NCBI GenBank assembly: GCA_963707695.1
Contig: CAVPQY010000005.1
Span: forward strand, 100,050-164,049
Direction: 5' to 3'
Length of the DNA: 64,000 nt
Origin: an uncultured Actinomycetes bacterium
Lineage (GTDB): Bacteria; Actinomycetota; Thermoleophilia; Solirubrobacterales; Solirubrobacteraceae
Position numbers and translations under genes: made by a program. Below the pieces are notes generated by a model. It saw only the letters and a program-made list of their open reading frames with translations, did not search any database and was not told the DNA's origin. Within the stretch, counting starts at the first letter, position 1; each line of letters begins with the position of its first letter. Of the stretch, positions 1-9,304 are shown piece after piece.

Positions 1-203
1 TCGAGGGCGGCCGGGTCGCGCACGTCGCCGCGGCGGTAGGTCATCTTCGTCCAGCCGTGCTCGAGCGGGTCGAAGGGCCGGCGGGCGATGCCGACGATCC
101 GCCCGATCCGCTCCTCGGCCTGCAGCATGGGCACGAGGCCGAAGCCGAAGGTGCCGGTCGGACCCGTCACGGCGACGGTCAGGGGAGCGGAGGGGCGGGC
201 CAC
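1..203 (-). CDS. NAD-dependent epimerase/dehydratase family protein, N-terminal fragment (continues beyond window start)
   Basis: Own translation of the minus strand from GTG at 203-201: VARPSAPLTVAVTGPTGTFGFGLVPMLQAEERIGRIVGIARRPFDPLEHGWTKMTYRRGDVRDPAAL. It has a Rossmann GxxGxxG-type motif (TGPTGTFG). It is absent from the ORF track because it has no stop in the window. Confidence 0.5.
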   Translation of the reverse strand, partial: MARPSAPLTVAVTGPTGTFGFGLVPMLQAEERIGRIVGIARRPFDPLEHGWTKMTYRRGDVRDPAAL

Positions 204-654
204 GCCCCGACGCTACCCGGGCGCGGCGCTCCCCAGGCGTCCTCGCGGCGCTCGCGGGCCCACGGCCGGCCAGAACGGGCAGGCGCCCCCGGACGCTGCG
301 CGGATGGGCACGACCGTGACCGGCGCCGCCGCCGACAAGGCCAAGGGCGGCTCGACCGGCTCGACGACCTAGCGGCGCCGCCGCCGGCGGGCAGGGGCCA
401 TCACCCCACCCGCCGCGGCGGCACCGAGCCGGCTCTGGCAGGACCCCGCGTTCGCGCGGTCCCTCGCCGGACGCCGTCCCGCCTCCAGCCGTGCTCGGGG
501 GAGGGCTCAAGGGTCGGACGGCGTGCGCGCATCGTGGCCTGTCGGCGTGGCACTGGCCATCCTCCGCCCGGAGGATCGACCGGATGGCGCGGACCCCGTC
601 CGCCCCGGCCGATCGGCCGTCCTGAGCGGGCGGGGCGCGCCGTACCATGGGCCC

Positions 655-1302
655 ATGGCCCAGCGCTCCGACCGGGTGCGGGTGCTCGTCGCCGACGACC
701 ACCCGCTGTTCCGCGAGGCCGTCGTGCGGGCCGTCAAGGACCGCCCCGACCTCGAGCTCGTCGCCGAGGCCGCCGACGGCACCGAGGCGCTGGCGGCGAT
801 CCGCGAGCACGGCCCGGACGTCGCCGTCCTCGACGTGAAGATGCCGGGCCTCGACGGCGTCCGCGTGGCCAACGCCGTCACGCGCGACCGCCTGCCGACG
901 AAGGTCGTCCTGCTCTCGGCCTTCCTCGACGGCGCGATGGCGTTCGAGGCCGTGGCGGCGGGCGCCGCGGCGTACCTCTCCAAGGACGCCGACCGCGCGC
1001 GCATCCTGGACACGATCGCCGCCGTCAGCCGCGGGGAGACGGTGCTCGCCCCCGAGGTCCAGGCCGGCCTCGCCGCCGAGATCCGCCTGCGCGGCGCCAA
1101 GGACCGCCCCGGCCTGTCCGACCGCGAGCGGCAGGTCCTGTCGATGATCGCCGAGGGCAAGAGCGCGCCGGACATCGGCCGCGAGCTCTACCTCTCCACG
1201 GCGACGATCAAGAGCCACCTCCAGGCCCTCTACGAGAAGCTCGGCGTCTCCGACCGGGCCGCCGCGGTCGCCGAGGCCATGCGCCGCGGCCTGCTCGAGT
1301 GA
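655..1302 (+). CDS. LuxR/NarL-family two-component response regulator (REC + HTH_LuxR)
   Basis: Part of track ORF 523..1302. I chose the internal ATG at 655 (MAQRSDRVRVLVADDHPLFRE...). The receiver has DVAVLDVKMPGLDG. The C-terminal LuxR HTH reads LSDRERQVLSMIAEGKSAPDIGRELYLSTATIKSHLQALYEKLGV. Confidence 0.9.
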   Translation: MAQRSDRVRVLVADDHPLFREAVVRAVKDRPDLELVAEAADGTEALAAIREHGPDVAVLDVKMPGLDGVRVANAVTRDRLPTKVVLLSAFLDGAMAFEAVAAGAAAYLSKDADRARILDTIAAVSRGETVLAPEVQAGLAAEIRLRGAKDRPGLSDRERQVLSMIAEGKSAPDIGRELYLSTATIKSHLQALYEKLGVSDRAAAVAEAMRRGLLE

Positions 1303-2549
1303 CCCCCGGCGCCGTCCTGAGCCGGCCCGGGACGGTCCTGGCGGTCATCCGCCTGGCGACGATCCCGCTGCTGGTCCTCGCCGAGCGCCTGGTCGACCAC
1401 CCCGAGCCGCGCAGCACGCCCTTCGAGGTCCTCGCCGCGCTGGCCCTCGCGTACGCCCTCGCGATGTTCGTCGCCGAGGTGCGCGGCGCGACCGCTCGGA
1501 TCCCGCCGTGGACGGCGGCGGTGGCGGACCTGGTCCTCATCAGCGTGCTCGTCTACACGAGCGGCGGCCCGTTCTCGCAGCTGCGCTTCGCCTTCTTCAT
1601 CCTGCCCGTGGGCGCCGCGCTCCTGCTGCGCCCGGCGCTCACCGCCGCCGCCTCGGGCGCATGCGTCCTGGCCTACCTCGTCATCGTGGCCGCCTATCCG
1701 GGCGGCGTGCCGGGGCAGGCCGACCCGCTGCCCTTCGAGGTCACCCAGGCGCTCTTCCTGCTCTGGATGGGCGCCGCGGCGACGCTCCTCTCGGCGGTGC
1801 TGACGCGGCGCAACCGCGACGTCGAGGACCTCGCCCGCAGCCGGGGGCGGCTCGTCGCCCAGGCGCTGGCCGCCGAGGACACGACGCGCCGGCGGCTGGC
1901 CGAGGCGCTGCACGACGACGCGCTGCAGAACCTCCTCGCCGCCCGCCAGGAGCTCGGCGCGGGCGACGACGCGTCGATCGACCTGGTGCGCGAGGGCCTC
2001 GACCAGGCGGTCGTCCAGCTCCGCGAGGCGGTGTTCGACCTGCACCCGCACCTGCTCGACCAGGCCGGGCTGCGCGCCGCCCTGCAGGCGGTGGCCGAGC
2101 GCGCCGGGCGCCGCGGCCGCTTCACGCCCGACGTCGAGGTCGACCCCGACGCCGAGGGCGTCCGCGACGACCTCGTCTTCTCCGTCGCGCGCGAGCTGCT
2201 GGCCAACGCCGCCCGCCACAGCGGCGCCGAGCACGTCCGCGTCCGCGTCCGCCGTCGCGACCGCCGGTCGCCGGAGGTCGAGCTGCTCGTCGCCGACGAC
2301 GGGGTCGGCATCGCGCCCGGGGCGCTCGAGGCCGCGCCGCGCCGGGGGCACATCGGCCTCGCCTCCGCCGCCGAGCGGGCGGAGGCGGTCGGCGGCGCGT
2401 TCACCGTCGGGTCCGGGACGGGCGGGCGGGGGACCGTGGTCCGGGTGACCGTCCCCGCGGCCCCGCCGGCCGGCGCCCCGGGCGGGGCCGGGCGCGAGGG
2501 GTCGATCGGCGGACCGCCGGTCGCCGCCGGGACCTCGCGCCCGGAGTAG
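1299..2549 (+). CDS. NarX/DesK-type sensor histidine kinase (HisKA_3 + HATPase_c), multi-pass membrane N-terminus
   Basis: C-terminal 416 aa of track ORF 57..2549. GTG at 1299 overlaps the regulator stop (GTGA). Several hydrophobic segments are present, then the H-box RRRLAEALHDDALQNL and the ATPase motifs ELLANAARHSGA and DDGVGI. Confidence 0.85.
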   Translation: MTPGAVLSRPGTVLAVIRLATIPLLVLAERLVDHPEPRSTPFEVLAALALAYALAMFVAEVRGATARIPPWTAAVADLVLISVLVYTSGGPFSQLRFAFFILPVGAALLLRPALTAAASGACVLAYLVIVAAYPGGVPGQADPLPFEVTQALFLLWMGAAATLLSAVLTRRNRDVEDLARSRGRLVAQALAAEDTTRRRLAEALHDDALQNLLAARQELGAGDDASIDLVREGLDQAVVQLREAVFDLHPHLLDQAGLRAALQAVAERAGRRGRFTPDVEVDPDAEGVRDDLVFSVARELLANAARHSGAEHVRVRVRRRDRRSPEVELLVADDGVGIAPGALEAAPRRGHIGLASAAERAEAVGGAFTVGSGTGGRGTVVRVTVPAAPPAGAPGGAGREGSIGGPPVAAGTSRPE

Positions 2550-2596
2550 GCGCCCGCCCCATCCCGGGCGGGGCGGCCGTCCGCGAGCCTGGGTCC

Positions 2597-3091
2597 ATGA
2601 CGATCATCGCGCGCCACGGGACCGACAGCGGCGCGGCGGGGCGGACCGACCCGCACCTCGACGCCGTGCGCCGCGAGGCCGAGCCGCTCCGGGTCCTCGT
2701 CGCCGACGACCATCCGCTGTTCCGCCGCGGCGTCGCGCGCACGGTCCAGCGCCGCGCCGGCCTGGAGCTCGTCGCCGAGGCCGCCGACGGCCGCCAGGCG
2801 CTCGAGCTCATCGACGCCCTCCAGCCCGACGTCGCCGTGCTCGACCTCCGCATGCCGCGGCTCACGGGCCTCGACGTCTGCGCCGAGCTGCGGGCGCGCC
2901 CGGCGCCGCCGCCGACGCGCGTGCTCATCCTCAGCGCCTTCGAGGACGCCGCCCTCGTCTGGGACGCCCTCTCCGCCGGCGCGTCGGGCTTCGTCGGCAA
3001 GGAGGCCGCGCCCGGCGACGTGTGCGCGGCGATCGAGGCGGTCGGCCGCGGCGAGGCGGCCTTCGGCACCGTCGGGCGCGGCGCGCTCTAG
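2597..3091 (+). CDS. Stand-alone receiver-domain protein (REC only, no output domain)
   Basis: Tail of track ORF 1508..3091 from ATG 2597. It reads LRVLVADDHPLFRRGVARTV...DVAVLDLRMPRLTGLDV...ILSAFEDAALVWDALSAGASGFVGKEA and ends shortly after the receiver fold, with no HTH. Confidence 0.8.
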   Translation: MTIIARHGTDSGAAGRTDPHLDAVRREAEPLRVLVADDHPLFRRGVARTVQRRAGLELVAEAADGRQALELIDALQPDVAVLDLRMPRLTGLDVCAELRARPAPPPTRVLILSAFEDAALVWDALSAGASGFVGKEAAPGDVCAAIEAVGRGEAAFGTVGRGAL

Positions 3092-4140
3092 GCGGTGACG
3101 AGCGGGTGGGCGGCGTCCGGCCGCGAGGCCACGCGGTTGCGGCCGGCGTGCTTGGCCGCGTAGAGCGCCGCGTCCGCCCGGGCCAGGAGCTCCGCGTTGC
3201 GGGCGTCGGCACCGCTGGCGCTGGCCACCCCGAAGGACATCGTCACGCGCAGGCCGCCGGCGGGCGTGGACTCGACGGCCTCCCGGAGGCGCTCGGCCAG
3301 CATCTCGGCGTCGGTGAGCGTCGCTCCCGGGAGCATCACGAGGAACTCCTCGCCGCCGAGGCGGTAGGCGAGGTCGAAGGCGCGCAGCTCCTTGCGCAGC
3401 GTGTAGGCGACGTCGACGAGGACCGCGTCGCCGCGCTGGTGGCCGTGCTCGTCGTTGACGGCCTTGAAGTGGTCGAGGTCGGCGACGATCACGCCGATCG
3501 ACTGGCCCGTCAGCGCGGCCTGCTCGTCGAGCTCCGCCGCGCGCGCGGTGAGCGAGCGGCGGTTGAGCATCCCGGTCAGGCCGTCGAGCACCGACTCGCT
3601 GCGGTGCTCGCGGTCGGAGGACATGAGCGGCGTGGTCAGCAGCGTCGCGGCCATGAGCACCGCCAAAGGCAGGACGAGCAGCGCGGGCCGGTCCGCGACC
3701 GCCCCGGGATCGACCCCGAGCGTCGCGGCCAGCATGAGCACGACGAGGAGGGCGAGGCCGGCCGCGACGCCGCGGCCGTCGAAGCGGGCGGCGAGCGTGA
3801 CCGCCGGGATCGCCAGCCAGGACGCGGCCGGGCTGGTCGGGCCGCCGGTGAGGGCGACCGAGACCGCGATGGCGACCGAGGACAGGACCCAGGCCCCGGC
3901 CATGACGTACTCGGGGTGGCTGACGCGGTGGACGAAGGGGCCGGTGATCGCGAAGCCGGCGAAGGCGATCGCGAGCACGGCGAGGGTCCACCACCCCTCC
4001 CAGTGGCCGACGGCGACGAGGGCGATCGCGAGCACGGCCAGGGCGGCGGCGCGCGCTCCGCGCAGGCGGCGGTCCATGTCGAGCAGCCGCTCGCGGGCCT
4101 GCTCGTCGCGGCACAGCCAGGAGAGGCGGTCCTTCCCCAT
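3088..4140 (-). CDS. Membrane-anchored diguanylate cyclase (GGDEF domain)
   Basis: Track ORF 3088..4449 trimmed to the ATG at 4140 (MGKDRLSWLCRDEQ...). It has about 5-6 hydrophobic helices, then LDGLTGMLNRRSL...VIVADLDHFKAVNDEHGHQRGD...RLGGEEFLVMLPG...SFGVA...ADAALYAAKHAGRNR. Confidence 0.9.
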   Translation of the reverse strand: MGKDRLSWLCRDEQARERLLDMDRRLRGARAAALAVLAIALVAVGHWEGWWTLAVLAIAFAGFAITGPFVHRVSHPEYVMAGAWVLSSVAIAVSVALTGGPTSPAASWLAIPAVTLAARFDGRGVAAGLALLVVLMLAATLGVDPGAVADRPALLVLPLAVLMAATLLTTPLMSSDREHRSESVLDGLTGMLNRRSLTARAAELDEQAALTGQSIGVIVADLDHFKAVNDEHGHQRGDAVLVDVAYTLRKELRAFDLAYRLGGEEFLVMLPGATLTDAEMLAERLREAVESTPAGGLRVTMSFGVASASGADARNAELLARADAALYAAKHAGRNRVASRPDAAHPLVTA

Positions 4141-4290
4141 GGGCACGTTGTCGGCGCGCCCACGCTCCACCTTGAGGGGCGGTGCCCCACCGTTCGTCGA
4201 GGAAGGGTCCAGAAGCCGTCCCCGAGCCCTTGCGCCGCGAGCCTCGCGGGCGCTACCGTGCCGCCGCGCGATGGACGGCACGGGGGCACG

Positions 4291-4518
4291 ATGGACGGGG
4301 AGCGGACGCCGATGATCGGGACGGCGCACTGGCGGGCGGACGCCACGGCGACGCAGATGCTGCGCGCCGCCAGGGGCCTGGAGGAGATCGCCGCGACCTG
4401 CACCGGCATCCGCCGCGAGGAGCTCCTGGAGATGGTCGACGACCTGCACGCCCGGGCCCGGGCCCGCCGGGCCGTCGAGCGCGCCGTCGCCGCGCCCGAG
4501 CGCGCGACGCTGCGCTGA
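4291..4518 (+). CDS. Hypothetical small protein
   Basis: Tail of track ORF 3022..4518 from ATG 4291 (MDGERTPMIGTAHWRADATATQMLRAARGLEEIAATCTGIRREELLEMVDDLHARARARRAVERAV...). Third-position GC is very high and it lies in an otherwise empty gap. I recognise no family. Confidence 0.3.
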   Translation: MDGERTPMIGTAHWRADATATQMLRAARGLEEIAATCTGIRREELLEMVDDLHARARARRAVERAVAAPERATLR

Positions 4519-4543
4519 CGACGCCCCGGCTCCGCCCGGCGCA

Positions 4544-5404
4544 TCAGGAGGTCCGGCGCTCCTCTGCGGGCGCCTCGGTGGCGTCCTCGGACCGCGTGTC
4601 GGCCGCGCTCGGCGCCGCGCGCACGACCCGTTCGCAGGACCCGTTCGGGGTCGCTGGCGTCGCGTCGGCGATGACGTCGACGAGGTCCAGGCGGGCGTCG
4701 TCGGTGCCCGGTCCGCAGTCGACGCGGTCGACCTCGCCGTCGCGCGTGCGCAGCGTGTCGTCGCCGGGGCCGCCGTGCAGGGTGTCGCCCGTCGGGTCGC
4801 CGGGACCGCTCACGTCGCCCTGGGCCAGGGCCCACAGGTCGTCGTCCCCGGCGCCGCCGGAGGTGGCGTCGACGCCGCGGTTGGCGAAGATCCGGTCGTT
4901 CCCGGGGCCGCCGTCCTGGACGTCGTCGCCGGCGCCGCCGGCCATGAGGTCGCGGCCGCCCTGGCCCCAGGACCGGTCGTCGCCCGTGCCGCCGAAGACC
5001 CGGTCGCGCGCGTCGCCGCCGCGCAGCGTGTCGTCGCCCGCCGCGCCGAAGAGCCGGTCGTAGGACGTCCGGTCGCCCACGCGGGCGGCGTCGCCGATGA
5101 CCGTGTCGGCCCCCGGCCCGCCGTTGAGCCAGTCGTTCCCGGCGTTGCCGAAGAGGCGGTCGTCGCCACGGCCGCCGAACAGGCGGTCGGGTCCGGCGCC
5201 GCCGTCGAGGGCGTCGGCCCCGCGGAGGCCGAAGAGGCGGTCGGCGCCACCGGCGCCGTCGATGGCGTCCGCGGCGTTCGTGCCGCGGAGGCGCTCGCCG
5301 TGCGCACCGCCCGTGATCTGGGCGGCGAGGGCGACCGAGCTCGTGAGGCACAGGGCGGCGACCAGCGCCGCAAGCCCCACCGTGGACCTGCGCTTGGTGT
5401 TCAT
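4544..5404 (-). CDS. Secreted calcium-binding protein with hemolysin-type (RTX-like) GGxGxD repeats
   Basis: Track ORF 4544..5404. The signal-like N-terminus reads MNTKRRSTVGLAALVAALCLTSSVALAA. Many nonapeptide-like repeats follow (GGAGPDRLFGGRGDDRLFGNAGNDWLNGGPGADTVIG, GGTGDDRSWG, GGPGDDTLR). Confidence 0.8.
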   Translation of the reverse strand: MNTKRRSTVGLAALVAALCLTSSVALAAQITGGAHGERLRGTNAADAIDGAGGADRLFGLRGADALDGGAGPDRLFGGRGDDRLFGNAGNDWLNGGPGADTVIGDAARVGDRTSYDRLFGAAGDDTLRGGDARDRVFGGTGDDRSWGQGGRDLMAGGAGDDVQDGGPGNDRIFANRGVDATSGGAGDDDLWALAQGDVSGPGDPTGDTLHGGPGDDTLRTRDGEVDRVDCGPGTDDARLDLVDVIADATPATPNGSCERVVRAAPSAADTRSEDATEAPAEERRTS

Positions 5405-5464
5405 GCCATCTCAACACGCGGCGGCGCGCCGGTGGTGCGGTCCGGCGCGTAGGGTCCGACCGCG

Positions 5465-6553
5465 ATGGCCCGCACCCTGACGTCGACCCCGGCCGCGGAC
5501 GGCTTCCGGATGCCCGCGGAGTGGGAGCCCCACGACGGCTGCTGGATGCTCTGGCCGCAGCGTCCCGACACCTGGCGCTGGGGCGGCAAGCCGGCGCAGG
5601 AGGCGTTCGCCGCGGTGGCCGCCGCCGTCGCCGCGGGCGGCGACCCGGTCACGATGGGCGCGGGCGCGCGCCAGTACGCGACGGCGCGCGCGGTGCTCCC
5701 CCCGGAGGTCCGCGTCGTCGAGCTCTCGAGCGACGACGCGTGGATGCGCGACGTCGGCCCGACCTTCGTCGTCGACGGCCGCGGCGGCCGGCGCGCGGTC
5801 GACTGGCCCTTCAACGCCTGGGGCGGCCTGCGCGGCGGCCTGTACTTCCCGTGGGACCGCGACGACCAGGTGGCCCAGAAGGTCGCCGAGGTCGAGGGCG
5901 CCGACCGCCATCGCGCCCCGCTCGTGCTCGAGGGCGGCTCCATCCACGTCGACGGGGCGGGCACCTGCCTGACGACGGAGGAGTGCTTGCTGAACCCCAA
6001 CCGCAACCCGCAGCTGGGGCGTGAGGAGGTCGAGCGCCACCTGCGCGACCACCTCGGCGTCGAGCGCGTGGTGTGGCTCGGGGCCGGGGTGGTGGAGGAC
6101 GAGACCGACGGGCACGTCGACAACCTCGCCTGCTTCACCGCGCCCGGCGTCGTCGCGCTCACCTGGACCGACGACCGCGACGATGCCCAGCACGCCGTCT
6201 CCGCCGACGCGCGGGCACGGCTCGAGGGCGCCGGGCTCGAGGTCCACCTCCTCCACCAGCCCGGCCCGCTGGTCCTCACCGAGGACGAGGCCCGCGGCGT
6301 CGACCCGGTCACCGGGACGAAGCCGCGCCGGGCCGGCGACCGCCTCGCGGGCTCCTACGTGAACTTCTACGTCGCGAACGACGCGGTCGTCGTGCCGCTG
6401 CTCGACGAGCGCCGCGACGACGACGCCCTGGCGACGATCGCGGGGCTGTTCCCGGGTCGCCGCGTCGTGGGCGTGCCGGCACGCGAGATCCTCCTCGGGG
6501 GCGGCAACGTGCACTGCATCACCCAGCAGGTCCCGAGCGCGCCGAGCCGCTGA
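5465..6553 (+). CDS. aguA: Agmatine deiminase (PAD_porph family)
   Basis: Track ORF 5465..6553. It reads [25 protein letters not shown]..., [67 protein letters not shown], and the C-terminal catalytic [11 protein letters not shown]. Confidence 0.9.
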   Translation: MARTLTSTPAADGFRMPAEWEPHDGCWMLWPQRPDTWRWGGKPAQEAFAAVAAAVAAGGDPVTMGAGARQYATARAVLPPEVRVVELSSDDAWMRDVGPTFVVDGRGGRRAVDWPFNAWGGLRGGLYFPWDRDDQVAQKVAEVEGADRHRAPLVLEGGSIHVDGAGTCLTTEECLLNPNRNPQLGREEVERHLRDHLGVERVVWLGAGVVEDETDGHVDNLACFTAPGVVALTWTDDRDDAQHAVSADARARLEGAGLEVHLLHQPGPLVLTEDEARGVDPVTGTKPRRAGDRLAGSYVNFYVANDAVVVPLLDERRDDDALATIAGLFPGRRVVGVPAREILLGGGNVHCITQQVPSAPSR

Positions 6554-6624
6554 GGTCGCGCCGCGCGGACGCCGAGGCGGGCGCTGCGCGCCCGGCTGGC
6601 CCTTTGCCATACTGGCCGCAGTCC

Positions 6625-6698
<74 letters not shown>

Positions 6699-6705
6699 TC
6701 AGCAA

Positions 6706-6729
6706 GAAGCCCCGCTGGTGCGGGGCTTC
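6706..6729 (+). terminator. Stem-loop directly after tRNA-Asp (10-bp perfect stem, 4-nt loop)
   Basis: GAAGCCCCGC-TGGT-GCGGGGCTTC, followed by TCGCGTTC. Confidence 0.6.
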
Positions 6730-6751
6730 TCGCGTTCGGGTGGCGGGTGGC

Positions 6752-7129
6752 GCTAGCCGTCGGACGCCAGATCAACGCCCAGAACGTCGCGTGCTCGCCG
6801 CGTTGCGCGAGGTCTACGACGGCGACTGGACCCGCCCGCTGGGCATCGACGGCGACCGGTCGCTGCGCTGAGAGGGCAAGGCCGGATTGGTCGGCGGCGT
6901 CACCTACGAGATCGACCGTCAGCACATGGTGATGGCCAGGATGGGTGAGCGGCTGCTGCTGTACCGGCTGCCGCGCGGCCAGGAGGACGACGCTGTCGAC
7001 CGGGCCGTGAGCAACCTCCGGCGGCTCGACGTGATGCGTCAGAAGCTGCGCGCGCCCCGCCGGGGGTCAACGGCGGGGCGCTCGAAGCCTCTTGTGAGGA
7101 GGCGGGTGTGTATCGCAGAGGAAGTCTAG
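6752..7129 (+). pseudogene. 5'-truncated, stop-interrupted remnant of a mobile-element-type gene (plasmid/prophage replication/primase-associated ATPase-like C-terminus)
   Basis: One frame reads ...VLAALREVYDGDWTRPLGIDGDRSLR*EGKAGLVGGVTYEIDRQHMVMARMGERLLLYRLPRGQEDDAVDRAV.... The in-frame TGA at 6869-6871 sits where related proteins, as I remember them, have Trp (TGG). There is no N-terminal half. It lies immediately 3' of a tRNA, in lower-GC DNA. Confidence 0.4.
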
Positions 7130-7275
7130 ACCGCCGACCGGCGGGCGAGAATCAGGCGATGTCGATCACCATCAAGCCGGCGTGTCGCCCCGCGGACCTT
7201 CTACGGCTGCGCCACCTCGCCGGCGGGGACAGGGGACGTACTGGACGGATCTAGGGAGAGGAGACAGAGGGACCC

Positions 7276-7479
7276 ATGCGGAAGACGTTTAGGATCAAGG
7301 AGACGACGGTCTACGAGGTCGACGCGGAGAGCGAGCCGGAGGCCGAGGCGCTCTTCGAGGACCGTGGCCCGGAGGTCACGAGCGTTATGAGGCCGATCCG
7401 GTTCGTCCGGGTCGAGGACCGCGACGTCGTCGAGACGCGGAACGAGCGGGGGCTCCCCGTCGTCGTCGTCGGTCAGTAA
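7276..7479 (+). CDS. Hypothetical small acidic protein
   Basis: Track ORF 7276..7479 (MRKTFRIKETTVYEVDAESEPEAEALFEDRGPEV...). A strong SD-like GGGAGAGGAG lies a few nt upstream of the ATG. I recognise no family. Confidence 0.4.
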   Translation: MRKTFRIKETTVYEVDAESEPEAEALFEDRGPEVTSVMRPIRFVRVEDRDVVETRNERGLPVVVVGQ

Positions 7480-8117
7480 CAAGCCCGAGCGCCCCGTGCG
7501 CTAGCGCTGCCGCTGGCGCTGCCGATCGAGCAGGAGGTACCAGCGCCTCCTGCCCTCGACCGTGTCGGCCGCGTCGAGGTCGCGCCACTCCGGCGTCGCG
7601 GGCCAGTCCGACATGAGGACCGTCTCGCTCGGATCGCGATCCTCGCTGAACAAGTGCTCGATCGCCACGACTGCGCCGACGGCGGCAGCAACGCCGCCAC
7701 GGCCCCCGCTGATCTTCTGGGTCGGGCGGGCTCCGTCGGTGGAGCTGTTGCAGTTCGCGCCGGACGTGCTCGACGCGATCATCGAGGAGTAGCAGCCCCT
7801 GCAGTGCCGGCTGTTGATCGGCCGGCAGCGTCACTCCCCTCAGGAGTGGCGCTCCCGCTCCCCGGAAGCCCCGTCCAGCACAGGGCTTTCGCGTTCGAGG
7901 ACCCCCGAGGCGGCTTGGTCCAGGCGGGGCGTCGAGGCTGCTGGACCGGCGGGCTCGCGCGACGGAGTTGCGGTCGCACGGCGAGGTGGACCGCACGGAC
8001 CTGAACGTGTGGGCCGAGCGGCTTGCATGTTGGTTTGGAACGGAGGACCGTTGGGCCGTCGAGTTGGCGCGGCAGCGATCGGAGCGGACGGCGCCGCGCC
8101 GGAGAAGGGGGACGCCC

Positions 8118-8318
8118 ATGTCCCTGGCGCAAGAGTTCGAGCTTCGCTGCTCGGACGTCCATCCGAATGGTTGCCGCACGGTGGTGTGCGGGTCCGACAT
8201 GAACGAGGTCATGGTCGACCTGCAACTGCACGGCGAGTTCATGCACGGGTACACCCCGGCGTTCTATGAGACGGCATGGCCGCGCATGCGGTCGACGCTG
8301 ATGGAGCAGGCACGCTGA
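8118..8318 (+). CDS. DUF1059-like small metal-binding protein
   Basis: Internal ATG of track ORF 7968..8318, preceded by GAGAAGGGGGA. MSLAQEFELRCSDVHPNGCRTVVCGSDMNEVMVDLQLHGEFMHGYT fits the DUF1059 pattern (C-x-D...C...G...E-V/I...H...HG). Confidence 0.55.
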   Translation: MSLAQEFELRCSDVHPNGCRTVVCGSDMNEVMVDLQLHGEFMHGYTPAFYETAWPRMRSTLMEQAR

Positions 8319-8562
8319 CGGCCTGATCCGTGTCGTCTGCTCGAGCGTCGGCGCGGCGTACGGGCCGGCCCAGGGGTGCCCGGAGGCGCGGCCGGCGCCT
8401 GCGTGCCCGGCGCTACGGACGGCGGCGAGCTGTGCGTCCCCTCCGGCGACGCTCGGTGCTCGCCGCTACGTTTGGGCCGAACCCAGGTCGACTGACAGGG
8501 AGGCCAACCATGCTTTCGGCGCTCTTGATGATGCGGCGACTGGCCGGAGCCTTGCGCGTCGG

Positions 8563-8907
8563 TTGCGGGAGGAGGGCTTCGCCCGAGTCCTGTCCGCGGG
8601 AGTTCTCCTGATCGTGATCGGCACCCTCTCGTACTCGCTGGGCGCGGGGTGGAGCCTCGTGGACGGTCTGTACGTCGCGGTGGCGACCCTCACGACGTCG
8701 AGCGTCCTCGATCCGAAGCTGACGATCACCGATCCCTGGCTGAAGGTCTTCACGGCGGGGTACGTGCTCGTCGGCATCGGCATCTTGGTCGAGGTCGCCC
8801 GCCGGCTCGGCATGGGGTTCATCGCGGCGAGAGCGGAGGTGGAGGAGGCGAAGACCACGGCGAAGGCGGAAGCCGAGCAGGGCGCCGTGGCGAGGCGCGC
8901 GACGTGA
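8563..8907 (+). CDS. Two-TM ion-channel-like protein (Ion_trans_2 fold) with a degenerate selectivity filter
   Basis: Track ORF 8563..8907 (TTG start). TM1 is VLSAGVLLIVIGTLSYSL. The pore-helix-like segment is WSLVDGLYVAVATLTTSSVLD (canonical is TLTTVGYGD). TM2 is VFTAGYVLVGIGILVEV. A well-placed ATG at 8510, preceded by GGGAGG, opens MLSALLMMRRLAGALRVG in another frame, which suggests a 1-nt indel near 8561-8565. Confidence 0.55.
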   Translation: MREEGFARVLSAGVLLIVIGTLSYSLGAGWSLVDGLYVAVATLTTSSVLDPKLTITDPWLKVFTAGYVLVGIGILVEVARRLGMGFIAARAEVEEAKTTAKAEAEQGAVARRAT

Positions 8908-8985
8908 CCGCCCTCCGCGACTGGATGGTCCTCCCGCACGACGCGCCGGGTTGCGCCGGCGTCTCCGGTCCGAGTACAAGACGTC

Positions 8986-9183
8986 ATGGCCGGCTTCATG
9001 AAGTCCATCCAGAAGTTCGCCCGGAGCCCGCAGGGCAAGAAGACGATCTCCGAGGCGGAGCGCGTGGCGAAGGACCCCGCCACGAAGGAGAAGGTCCGTG
9101 GCGTGCGTGACCGGTTCGCGGCGCGCCGCGGCGGATCCGGCGACGCGGGACCGACGGGGGGAGACGCGCCGCCGCCGCGGTAG
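8986..9183 (+). CDS. Hypothetical small basic protein
   Basis: Track ORF 8986..9183 (MAGFMKSIQKFARSPQGKKTISEAERVAKDPATKEKVRGVRDRF...). Its third-position bias is coding-like. I recognise no family. Confidence 0.4.
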   Translation: MAGFMKSIQKFARSPQGKKTISEAERVAKDPATKEKVRGVRDRFAARRGGSGDAGPTGGDAPPPR

Positions 9184-9304
9184 CGGCCCTGCGTGGACGG
9201 TCCGGCGGCGACGCGCCTAGGCACGCGTTGCCCCCGCCGACCGTCCGGCGTAGCGTCGCCGCACCGGGCTCGGGGGGCGAGCCCCGTCCACTGGGGGAAC
9301 ATCG

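Noticed and set aside
7201-8254. Track ORFs 7201..7482 (-), 7385..8254 (-), 7501..7782 (-), 7562..7792 (+), 7654..8004 (+) and 7814..8269 (+) in the islet.
   Set aside because: They overlap one another, have no RBS or family signature, and have odd composition. The region is more likely decayed non-coding or pseudogenic DNA. Only 7276..7479 (strong SD) and 8118..8318 (DUF1059 pattern) were retained.
8575-8600. A possible attR-like partial copy of the tRNA-Asp 3' end (CGAGTCCTGTCC versus CGAGTCCCGTCGC in the tRNA).
   Set aside because: Only about 10 of 12 bases match, the segment lies inside the channel coding sequence, and such a short GC-rich match is expected by chance. I could not do an exhaustive repeat search by eye.
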